A DNA stretch of 64,000 nt from Bacteroidales bacterium. GTDB taxonomy: Bacteria > Bacteroidota > Bacteroidia > Bacteroidales > ML635J-15. The position numbers and the translations under genes were made by a program. Shown here one piece after another: positions 25,990 to 33,983 of this stretch. The notes below the pieces were generated by a model, which saw nothing but the letters and a program-made list of their open reading frames with translations, did not search any database and was not told the origin of the DNA. The DNA lies in the NCBI GenBank assembly GCA_017620015.1, contig JAFZRE010000022.1:73173-137172 (forward strand), given 5' to 3'. Position 1 is the first letter of the stretch. Every line of letters starts with the position of its first letter.

Positions 25990-26702
25990 TATTTCTTGGC
26001 TTTCTTTTTATTGTTATCAGCGGCGGGAGTCTCTGCCTCTTTAGGTTCGTCCTTGACAACCGTCATCTTTATAATCTTCACATCCTCAACAGGACGGTCA
26101 CCTGGAGCAGTTTCAACTGCCGCAATCTTATCTACAACGCCAAGACCTTCAACGACTTCACCAAATACTGTATATTGGTTGTCGAGATGTGGAGTACCAC
26201 CGATTGTTGCGTATGTGTCGCGTTCCTTTGTTGTGAAAGTTTTACCCATCCTTTTCTCGAACTGATCAAGTTGCATATCGGTATATGTCTGACCCTGAAC
26301 AATGTAGAACTGCGAGCCAGAACTTCTGCGTTCGGGATTTACATTGTCGCCAGTACGGGCGGCAGCAAGAGCGCCTTTCTTATGGAAATGTTTAGGATAA
26401 ACGATTTCGGCAGGAATAGTGTAGCCCGGGTCGCCATTGCCAAGACGAGCATTCGGAGCAGCATTCTTCGACATCGGGTCACCACCTTGAATCATAAAGT
26501 TCTTTATCACACGGTGGAACAACAAACCCTCGTAGAAACCACTTTCAACGAGTTTCACAAAGTTGTCGCGATGCAGCGGAGTATCATCGTAAAGCACGAC
26601 GGTAATATTTCCCTTTGTAGTCTCAATCAACACCTTGGTTGACTGCGAAAAAGCCATTGCCGACATCAGCATCAAGGCAATCAGAAATGATATTTTTCTC
26701 AT
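25989..26702 (-). CDS. cyclophilin-type peptidyl-prolyl cis-trans isomerase, secreted
   Basis: Signal peptide MRKISFLIALMLMSAMAFSQ. Motifs FHRVIKNFMIQGGDP, SQFYIV and VFGEVVEG are present. Confidence 0.9.
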   Translation of the reverse strand: MRKISFLIALMLMSAMAFSQSTKVLIETTKGNITVVLYDDTPLHRDNFVKLVESGFYEGLLFHRVIKNFMIQGGDPMSKNAAPNARLGNGDPGYTIPAEIVYPKHFHKKGALAAARTGDNVNPERRSSGSQFYIVQGQTYTDMQLDQFEKRMGKTFTTKERDTYATIGGTPHLDNQYTVFGEVVEGLGVVDKIAAVETAPGDRPVEDVKIIKMTVVKDEPKEAETPAADNNKKKAKK

Positions 26703-26733
26703 AAGTCAATAATTTTCGTTACTAATAATCTTG

Positions 26734-26741
26734 CAAAAATA
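26734..26741 (-). promoter_or_regulatory. -7 box TATTTTTG for the cyclophilin / KASIII-SDR operon
   Basis: The plus strand reads caaaaata, 32 nt upstream of the ATG at 26702. Confidence 0.5.
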
Positions 26742-26874
26742 ATAAATTTGACCGACAGCACAAAAATAGCACTGCAAATGGCGAGCCAAAACATAAAATC
26801 AACTTATTGCACCATTTTACAGAGTTTAACAACTTTGATGATTAATAAACATTTGTTTAATTCAATATAATCAT

Positions 26875-26882
26875 TAATTTTG
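26875..26882 (+). promoter_or_regulatory. -7 box TAATTTTG
   Basis: It lies 24 nt upstream of the ATG at 26906. Confidence 0.5.
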
Positions 26883-26905
26883 CCCCAACTTAATAGTTTA
26901 ATAAT

Positions 26906-28075
26906 ATGAAAACTCAGAGATATACTTTAATAGTCATCGCTATTATGGTTGCAATGATGGCGATTAGCAGTTGCAAAAATAAGGAAACCTATATGGTGAC
27001 TTTCGAAGCGAACGGAGGAACTGGCACAATGACACCACAAACATTTACCGATGGAGAATCTCAGGTTCTGACAAAAAATTCTTATACCCGCGAAAACTAT
27101 TCATTTACCAACTGGAGCGTTATGAAGAATGGAAGCGGCACAACCTACAACGACGGTGAAACCATAACTGTCACATTCAATATGACCTTGTACGCGCAAT
27201 GGAAATACACAAATACAACGCTAGGCCCAGAGCCGATTGACTCTGTAATAATAACTTTCGATGCAAACGGCGGAACTGGAGAAATGCCACCGATGTCTTT
27301 TGTTCCAAGAGAAACACATATACTTACGACAAATGCTTTCACAAAGGAAAACTATTGGTTTACTGGCTGGAACACTGCAACAGATGGAAGTGGTACGGTA
27401 TATGCTGATTCACAAGAAATTACAACGGAAGAAGATGTTACTTTGTATGCACAGTGGAGCTTAGGCATAACAGGGAATGCAAACGGACATAATTACGTTG
27501 ACCTTGGACTTCCGAGCGGCAAGAAATGGGCGACCTGCAATGTCGGTGCTGATTCTCCGATTGCATACGGCGACTATTTTGCATGGGGAGAAATTACGCC
27601 TAAGGAAACTTACGACTGGAGTAATTATCTATGGTGCAATGGCGAAGAATCTACTATAACAAAGTATTCGGATAATCCAAACGAAGGCTACAACGGCTTT
27701 ACTGACAATCTTAGGACTTTGCTGCCGGAAGACGATGCCGCCACCACCAACTGGGACGCAAACTGGAGAACACCGACTTATAACGAAATGTCCGAACTGA
27801 GAACCAAAAGCACAGTAACTTGGACTCCCCAGAATGGTGTAAATGGATGTCTGTTTATTGGTCCTAATGGGAACTCAATTTTCTTTCCGGCTGCTGGTAA
27901 TCGCTACAATGACATATCAGGTGGCGCCGAAACTTACGGCAGCTACTGGTGCAGTAATATTACTACTGGTTTTCCTACTGGTGCAAAGTTGCTATTCTTC
28001 GATTCGAATTGTTGCGTACTTGACAATGGCAACCGTTTCTGCGGACAACCTGTCAGAGCAATATTGGTGGAATAG
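26906..28075 (+). CDS. lipoprotein: two Listeria-Bacteroides (InlB B-type) repeats + one FISUMP-like head domain
   Basis: Lipobox AISSC. VTFEANGGTGTMTPQTF..YSFTNWSV..GSGTTY..LYAQW occurs twice. The head is YVDLGLPSGKKWATCNVGA..YFAWGE..DDAATTNW..WRTPTYNEMSEL..NGNSIFFPAAG..YWCS..GQPVRAILV. Confidence 0.8.
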   Translation: MKTQRYTLIVIAIMVAMMAISSCKNKETYMVTFEANGGTGTMTPQTFTDGESQVLTKNSYTRENYSFTNWSVMKNGSGTTYNDGETITVTFNMTLYAQWKYTNTTLGPEPIDSVIITFDANGGTGEMPPMSFVPRETHILTTNAFTKENYWFTGWNTATDGSGTVYADSQEITTEEDVTLYAQWSLGITGNANGHNYVDLGLPSGKKWATCNVGADSPIAYGDYFAWGEITPKETYDWSNYLWCNGEESTITKYSDNPNEGYNGFTDNLRTLLPEDDAATTNWDANWRTPTYNEMSELRTKSTVTWTPQNGVNGCLFIGPNGNSIFFPAAGNRYNDISGGAETYGSYWCSNITTGFPTGAKLLFFDSNCCVLDNGNRFCGQPVRAILVE

Positions 28076-28179
28076 GTGGCGAGGCCGTTTCTGAGTTGAA
28101 TTTGTTTGATAAACTCACGGCAAACAACAATAATCGAACGTTTTTTCTAAAAAACATTTGCTAATTTAAACAAAATACT

Positions 28180-28187
28180 TATTTTTG
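28180..28187 (+). promoter_or_regulatory. -7 box TATTTTTG
   Basis: It lies 27 nt upstream of the ATG at 28215. Confidence 0.5.
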
Positions 28188-28214
28188 TCCGTGTAAATTT
28201 AATAGGTGTATAAT

Positions 28215-29177
28215 ATGAAAAGGATATTATTCTTTGCAATCATCTCCATAGTGGGAATGTTGGCGATTAGTGGGTGCGACAAGCAGAAAACATACGATAT
28301 CGTTTTTGATACAAATGGTGGTACTGGCGAAATGCAATCACAGACACTTACCGAAGGAGAATCTCAGCCCCTTGACGACAATTCATTTGTCAATGAGGGA
28401 CATTCATTTGGCGGATGGAATACATTGCCTGATGGTAGTGGTGTATCTTATAGTGATGGTCAGGACATAACTCTGACTTCCGATATTACGCTATATGCGC
28501 AATGGACAAGCAATGATACGGAATCCGCACCAGATTCACAACAAACAACTGGCAGTTTGAATGGATATGAATGGGTTGACCTTGGACTGCCCAGTGGTAC
28601 ACGTTGGGCTTCTCGCAACATAGGAGCCAAAGACCCAGAAAGCTATGGTGACTATTATGCCTGGGGAGAAGTCACCACCAAAGAAATATACTACTGGCAC
28701 ACCTATCAACACAGCCGTGGAGATGCATATTGTTCCATCACCAAATACTGCCCACTTGGTATTAATGGCTTTGGATACACCTATGGTTACGCAGGCTATA
28801 CTGACAATCGGACTATTCTCGAACCCTGCGATGATGCCGCTACTGTCAACTGGGGTGAAGGATGGCGTATGCCTACCAAAGAAGAAATGGAGGAATTGTT
28901 AAATAATTGCACTAATGTTTGGACTTCCATAAATGGTGTGAACGGAAGAAAATTTATAGGGCCTAATGGCAACTCCATCTTCCTGCCTGCCGCCGGGAAC
29001 TATTACGATGTTCTGCTTTTAGAGGATGATGCCGATGGTTACTACTGGTCAAGTTCTGTTTACTCTGACAATGCAAACTATTCGTGGATAATCAAATTTG
29101 ATTCTAGCAATTGCTTGGTGAACCATCAACATTACCGCTACAGAGGACATCCAGTGCGTCCGGTCTTGGCACAATAA
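28215..29177 (+). CDS. lipoprotein: one Listeria-Bacteroides repeat + one FISUMP-like head domain
   Basis: ORF 28206..29177 (GTG). ATG at 28215 (MKRILFFAIISIVGMLAISGC) is preferred. It has IVFDTNGGTGEMQSQTL..HSFGGWNT..GSGVSY..LYAQW, followed by the head WVDLGLPSGTRWASRNIGA..YYAWGE..DDAATVNWGEGWRMPTKEEMEEL..NGNSIFLPAAG..YWSSS..GHPVRPVL. Confidence 0.8.
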   Translation: MKRILFFAIISIVGMLAISGCDKQKTYDIVFDTNGGTGEMQSQTLTEGESQPLDDNSFVNEGHSFGGWNTLPDGSGVSYSDGQDITLTSDITLYAQWTSNDTESAPDSQQTTGSLNGYEWVDLGLPSGTRWASRNIGAKDPESYGDYYAWGEVTTKEIYYWHTYQHSRGDAYCSITKYCPLGINGFGYTYGYAGYTDNRTILEPCDDAATVNWGEGWRMPTKEEMEELLNNCTNVWTSINGVNGRKFIGPNGNSIFLPAAGNYYDVLLLEDDADGYYWSSSVYSDNANYSWIIKFDSSNCLVNHQHYRYRGHPVRPVLAQ

Positions 29178-29193
29178 TTAATTTATGGCTTTT

Positions 29194-29223
29194 AGCAGGC
29201 GGCTACGGTCGGCTGCTTTTTTT
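29194..29223. terminator. terminator between convergent genes
   Basis: Imperfect hairpin agcaggcggc-tacg-gtcggctgct followed by T7. Confidence 0.55.
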
Positions 29224-29231
29224 GTAATTAT

Positions 29232-29648
29232 TTATTTATCGTTATCCTTATTAAGCAAATTGTCAACTTCTTCTATGAAGCGTTGTGCTTTTGGATAAAG
29301 TTCATCTATATCTTCGCGAGTTGAATATACAAATTCTTCATAGTCTCCTCGTTGCCTGCAATCGTACAAGTTTGAGAAAGCCCTTCCGCTCTCTTTTGTA
29401 ATAAGTCCTTTTGAAACAAAATGCAGTCCAAGCAAAGTTTTGACTCCTGCGTGGGTGCTTGTCGAAATATGGTATTGGGGCAATAATGCAACCGCTGCAT
29501 AATAGCAAGCATAATAAAGACGATTTGTCGCTGTATTGTAGAACCCTTTTTCGTAGAGGAAAGGAATTTCCGCCAAAGTTTCGTGTGCACGTTCCTGCCT
29601 GTATTTCGACAGAGCATCGTAGTTTTCGTTCGTCAATTCGTTTTTCAT
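29232..29648 (-). CDS. HEPN domain protein (toxin of an MNT-HEPN pair)
   Basis: 138 aa and all-helical. NRLYYACYYAAVALL..H.STHAGV..F is typical of the small HEPN family. It has a 4-nt overlap with the upstream nucleotidyltransferase gene. Confidence 0.75.
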   Translation of the reverse strand: MKNELTNENYDALSKYRQERAHETLAEIPFLYEKGFYNTATNRLYYACYYAAVALLPQYHISTSTHAGVKTLLGLHFVSKGLITKESGRAFSNLYDCRQRGDYEEFVYSTREDIDELYPKAQRFIEEVDNLLNKDNDK

Positions 29649-29959
29649 AGCGTTATTCCTTCGTTTCTAACATTGTATTGGAAAGGAGTAATAAAAGGTC
29701 GGTTTTCCCATTCCTTGCGAAGCATAACTATAATGCTGATAATGACACCAGTGTCAAGTTCTATGTCGTAAAATGGAGCAATGATACTGTCTTTTTCGCT
29801 GTATGTGAGTTTGTCTGCATCAACAAGCATCAAAAGGTCAATGTCGGAATCGGGTCTTGCATCGCCACGCGCTTCGGAACCGTAAAGTATTGTCTGCACT
29901 TTCGGTTTAATCTTGCTTGCTTCGCTTCTAATTCTTTCAACAATGCCTTGTCGTCTCAT
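29645..29959 (-). CDS. minimal nucleotidyltransferase (MNT antitoxin partner of HEPN)
   Basis: In-frame part of ORF 29645..30166, with start MRRQGIVERI (cat at 29957-29959). The NTase motif is LYGSEARGDARPDSDIDLLML. Confidence 0.75.
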   Translation of the reverse strand: MRRQGIVERIRSEASKIKPKVQTILYGSEARGDARPDSDIDLLMLVDADKLTYSEKDSIIAPFYDIELDTGVIISIIVMLRKEWENRPFITPFQYNVRNEGITL

Positions 29960-30085
29960 TTTAGCCAAAATCTTATACTGCAAATATATAAGTTTTTTTT
30001 TGAGATGCAATAATAATTCGAAATAAATCATTTTCCATTGTCCAATTAAATCGTAAATCGGCATTCGTAAATCGTAAATAAATTG

Positions 30086-30093
30086 TATTTTTG
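30086..30093 (+). promoter_or_regulatory. -7 box TATTTTTG for ileS, preceded by an AAATCGT periodic tract (30048-30085)
   Basis: The sequence reads aaatcgtaaatcggcattcgtaaatcgtaaataaattgTATTTTTGcacc, with the ATG 21 nt downstream. Confidence 0.55.
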
Positions 30094-30113
30094 CACCACT
30101 TAAAAATTGTACA

Positions 30114-33100
30114 ATGACAAAGAAGTTTTCCGAGTATAAGCAACTCGATTTGTTTGAGATTAACAACGAAATGAAGGACCTCTGGGCAAAGGAGGATACC
30201 TTTCACAAAAGTATAGAAACCCGCGAAGGCTGCAAGCCTTTCATCTTCTTCGAAGGTCCGCCATCGGCAAACGGAATGCCTGGTATCCATCATGTTATGG
30301 CTCGTACAATCAAGGACGTTGTTTGCCGCTACAAGACTTTGACTGGTCACAAGGTTGACCGCAAGGCAGGTTGGGATACCCACGGTCTGCCAGTGGAACT
30401 CGGTGTGGAAAAGACTCTCGGCATCACCAAGGAGGACATCGGCAAGAAGATTTCAGTTAGCGACTACAACGACACCTGCCGTCGCGAAGTTATGAAATAC
30501 ACAAGCCACTGGACCGACCTTACCGAACGCGTCGGTTACTGGGTTGACCTCGAAAATCCGTACATCACATACGATAACCGCTACATCGAGACTTTGTGGT
30601 GGCTGTTGAAGCAACTCTATAACAAGAACTTGCTTTACAAGGGCTACACCATTCAGCCGTATTCGCCGGCTGCAGGTACCGGACTTAGCACCCACGAACT
30701 CAATCAGCCGGGTTGCTACCGCGATGTAAAGGACACGACCGTAACCGCTCAGTTTGCAATCATCGACCCGAAGCCCGAAATGACTGGCTGGGGAAAACCT
30801 TATTTCATTGCTTGGACAACCACGCCGTGGACTTTGCCTTCGAACACAGCACTCTGCGTTGGTCGCAAGATTGAATACGTTGCTGTTCGCACATATAATA
30901 TGTACACTGGCGAGCCTGTTACAGTCGTAATGGCAAAGGAAAGGGTTAACGCATACTTGAATCCGCAAGGCGCAGAACTTCCGCTCGAGGAATACAAGCA
31001 CGGCGACAAGGTAATACCTTATAGAATAGTTGCCGAATATACAGGCGAAGACCTTCTCGATATGCGCTACGAGCAGATTTTCCCGTGGGTTAAGCCTGCC
31101 GATGGTGCTTTCCGCGTAATTCCTGGCGACTATGTTACCACCGAGGACGGTACCGGTATCGTACATATTGCTCCGACTTTCGGTGCCGACGATAACAAGG
31201 TTGCAAAGGCTGCTGGAATTCCGCCGCTGGTAATGATTATCAACAGCAAGGGCGATTTCCGTCCGATGGTTGACCGTACAGGAAAGTTCTTCCTTATGAG
31301 CGACCTCGACCCCGAATTCGTAAAGAACAACATAAATGTTGACTTGTATTCGAAGTACGAAGGCTGTTTCGTAAAGAACGCCTACGACCCGAAGTACAAT
31401 GTCGATGGAAAATACGACGCCGAAGCCGCTGCCAAGGACGAGGACTTGAACATACGCCTTTGCATCGAGATGAAGCAGGACGGCAAGGCTTTCAAGATCG
31501 AAAAGCACACTCACAACTATCCGCACTGCTGGCGTACCGATAAGCCCGTGTTGTACTATCCGCTTGATTCATGGTTTATTAAGTCAACAGCAATGCGCGA
31601 CCGTATGATTGAACTTAACAAAACAATCAACTGGAAACCGCAGAGCACTGGCGAAGGCCGTTTCGGAAAATGGTTGGAAAACCTTGTTGACTGGAACCTC
31701 AGCCGTTCGCGCTACTGGGGAACTCCGCTGCCAATTTGGAGTACCGAGGACGCAAGCGAACGCAAGTGCATAGGTTCTGTCGAGGAACTTTACGCCGAAA
31801 TGGACAAGTCAATCGCCAAGGGATATATGAAGGAATATCCGTGGAAGAACTTCGAGGTTGGCAAATACACCAAGGAAAACTACGAAAACCTTGACTTGCA
31901 TCGTCCGTATGTTGATGAGATTGTGCTTGTTGCATCGGATGGCCGTAAGATGTTCCGAGAACCTGACCTTATCGATGTTTGGTTCGATTCGGGTGCAATG
32001 CCTTATGCACAGTGGCATTATCCGTTCGAGAACAAGGACAGGTTCGACAAGTTGTTCCCGGCTGATTTCATCGCCGAGGGCGTTGACCAGACTCGCGGTT
32101 GGTTCTTCACACTGCACGCAATTGCAACAATGATTTTCGACAGCGTAGCATACAAGAACATCATTTCCAACGGTTTGGTACTCGATAAGAACGGCAACAA
32201 GATGTCGAAGAGACTCGGCAATGCTGTAAATCCGTTCGAAACTATCGACAAATACGGTGCCGACCCCGTTCGCTGGTATATGATTACCAACGCACAGGCT
32301 TGGGACAACCTCAAGTTCGACATTGCCGGAGTTGACGAGGTGAAGCGCAAATTCTTCGGAACTTTGTACAACACCTACAATTTCTTTGCAATGTACGCCA
32401 ACACCGACAATTTCACTTACGCAGAACCAGATGTTCCGTTCGAGAAGCGTCCCGAACTCGACCGATGGATTCTCAGCTTGTTGAACACTTTGGTAAAGGA
32501 AGTCGGCGAGGCTTACGAAACTTACGAAAATACAAAGGCAGGCCGTCTGATTCAGACTTTCGTGATGGACCACCTGAGCAACTGGTATGTTCGTCTCGGT
32601 AGAAAGCGCTACTGGGGCGGCGAGTATGACGAGGACAAGATTTCGGCATACCAGACGCTCTATACCTGCTTGATAACCATTGCAAAGATTGCTTCGCCGA
32701 TTGCACCGTTCTACATGGACAAGATGTATCGCGACCTCAATGCCGTTACAGGTAAGGAAAACTACGAATCGGTTCATCTTGCTTATTTCCCGAAGGTTAA
32801 CGAACAAATAATCGACAAGAGCCTTGAGGAAAGGATGGAAATGGCACAGACTATTTCATCTATGATTCTCGGTTTGCGCCGCAAGGTCAGCATCAAGGTT
32901 CGCCAGCCGTTGCAGAAGATTATGGTTCCGTCGGTTTCGGACGACTTTGCAGAGCAAATGGCTAAGGTTGAGCAGATTATCAAGACCGAAACCAACATCA
33001 AGGAAATCCAGATTCTCGACGATTCGTCCGATTTCTTGGTAAAGAAGATTAAGGCGAACTTCAAGGTTCTTGGTCCACGTTACGGCAAGATTATGAAGCA

Positions 33101-33560
33101 AGTTGCAAATGCTATCGCACAGATGTCGCAGAAGGACATTGCTTCGCTCGAACGTAACGATAGCTTCACTTTGAATGTTGAAGGACAAGAAGTTGCAATA
33201 ACAACTGCCGATGTTGAAATCAACTCCGAGGACATTCCAGGATGGCTCGTTGCAAACGAAGGCAAATACACTGTTGCCCTTGACATCAATGTAACGCCCG
33301 AACTCGTTGAGGAAGGTATTGCCCGCGAATTTGTCAACCGTATCCAGAACATCCGCAAGGACAGCAACTTCGACATTACCGACCGCATCCGCGTGAAAAT
33401 CAGTTCGACAGCCGAACTCGACACCGCAGTCAACCATTACCGCGAGTACATCTGCGGACAGACTTTGGCAAACTCAATCGAGATTGTTGCCAATGTTGAA
33501 AATGGTACTGAAATCGATGTCAACGATGTGAATGTAAACATTTCGGTTATAAGGGAATAA
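30114..33560 (+). CDS. ileS: isoleucine--tRNA ligase (long, type-2-like form)
   Basis: 1148 aa. HIGH region PPSANGMPGIHHV, KMSKRLGN and the editing-domain pattern WTTTPWTLPSN are present. Confidence 0.97.
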   Translation: MTKKFSEYKQLDLFEINNEMKDLWAKEDTFHKSIETREGCKPFIFFEGPPSANGMPGIHHVMARTIKDVVCRYKTLTGHKVDRKAGWDTHGLPVELGVEKTLGITKEDIGKKISVSDYNDTCRREVMKYTSHWTDLTERVGYWVDLENPYITYDNRYIETLWWLLKQLYNKNLLYKGYTIQPYSPAAGTGLSTHELNQPGCYRDVKDTTVTAQFAIIDPKPEMTGWGKPYFIAWTTTPWTLPSNTALCVGRKIEYVAVRTYNMYTGEPVTVVMAKERVNAYLNPQGAELPLEEYKHGDKVIPYRIVAEYTGEDLLDMRYEQIFPWVKPADGAFRVIPGDYVTTEDGTGIVHIAPTFGADDNKVAKAAGIPPLVMIINSKGDFRPMVDRTGKFFLMSDLDPEFVKNNINVDLYSKYEGCFVKNAYDPKYNVDGKYDAEAAAKDEDLNIRLCIEMKQDGKAFKIEKHTHNYPHCWRTDKPVLYYPLDSWFIKSTAMRDRMIELNKTINWKPQSTGEGRFGKWLENLVDWNLSRSRYWGTPLPIWSTEDASERKCIGSVEELYAEMDKSIAKGYMKEYPWKNFEVGKYTKENYENLDLHRPYVDEIVLVASDGRKMFREPDLIDVWFDSGAMPYAQWHYPFENKDRFDKLFPADFIAEGVDQTRGWFFTLHAIATMIFDSVAYKNIISNGLVLDKNGNKMSKRLGNAVNPFETIDKYGADPVRWYMITNAQAWDNLKFDIAGVDEVKRKFFGTLYNTYNFFAMYANTDNFTYAEPDVPFEKRPELDRWILSLLNTLVKEVGEAYETYENTKAGRLIQTFVMDHLSNWYVRLGRKRYWGGEYDEDKISAYQTLYTCLITIAKIASPIAPFYMDKMYRDLNAVTGKENYESVHLAYFPKVNEQIIDKSLEERMEMAQTISSMILGLRRKVSIKVRQPLQKIMVPSVSDDFAEQMAKVEQIIKTETNIKEIQILDDSSDFLVKKIKANFKVLGPRYGKIMKQVANAIAQMSQKDIASLERNDSFTLNVEGQEVAITTADVEINSEDIPGWLVANEGKYTVALDINVTPELVEEGIAREFVNRIQNIRKDSNFDITDRIRVKISSTAELDTAVNHYREYICGQTLANSIEIVANVENGTEIDVNDVNVNISVIRE

Positions 33561-33580
33561 GGTAAAATTACATTTCATAG

Positions 33581-33614
33581 AATGCCGATGGAGAAATTTC
33601 GTCGGCATTTTTTA
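33581..33614 (+). terminator. ileS terminator
   Basis: Hairpin aatgccga...tcggcatt followed by a T-run. Confidence 0.7.
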
Positions 33615-33852
33615 TTATTGGTGTCCAATAAATCCTCTATATTGTCATTCCGAAAAGCAGAACGAACAGCAAAAGGAACGTTGCTTGTGAGTTCGCTTAT
33701 CCGGAACGTTGCTTGCAACCTCACGAAGTAATCTGCTCTATAATAATCCGTTAACAGATTACGGATAGCAGTCTTCACAACGCTCCACTATCGTATCGCG
33801 TGTTACGACTAGCTTCCGAAATGACGAACGCTTTTTATTGGACACCAATAAT
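33614..33852. mobile_element. MITE-like non-coding element, ~239 bp, with 19-nt perfect terminal inverted repeats
   Basis: The left end attattggtgtccaataaa (33614-33632) is the exact reverse complement of the right end tttattggacaccaataat (33834-33852). Subterminal gtcattccgaaaagc / gcttccgaaatgac are imperfect inverted repeats. T-runs flank both ends. There is no credible ORF inside. Confidence 0.65.
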
Positions 33853-33930
33853 TTTTATTAATCCAGAACAGCAAATTGAGGTATGCTGGACCTAGCCGAA
33901 GTAAGCGCAGTAGAAAGTATCGAAGGGCAC

Positions 33931-33964
33931 AAAAAAAGGGCAACAAATTAATTCATTGCCCTTT
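33931..33964 (-). terminator. rplI terminator
   Basis: The minus strand reads AAAGGGCAA-TGAATTAATTTG-TTGCCCTTT followed by T7. Confidence 0.75.
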
Positions 33965-33983
33965 CATAATCTTATGAAAAAAT

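Noticed and set aside
16927-29177. Diversity-generating retroelement acting on the C-type-lectin-like FISUMP heads
   Set aside because: There is no reverse transcriptase ORF. I found no ~100-nt template/variable repeat pair with adenine-specific mismatches. The heads differ throughout, as expected of old paralogs.
30048-30113. T-box or other riboswitch leaders upstream of ileS, pheT and argS
   Set aside because: The leaders implied by the -7 boxes are only ~20 nt for ileS and pheT, too short for a T-box. The argS upstream region lies outside the window.
33575-33778. 67-aa ORF inside the MITE-like element
   Set aside because: It crosses the ileS terminator hairpin and the element's terminal repeat, and has no start context or motif.
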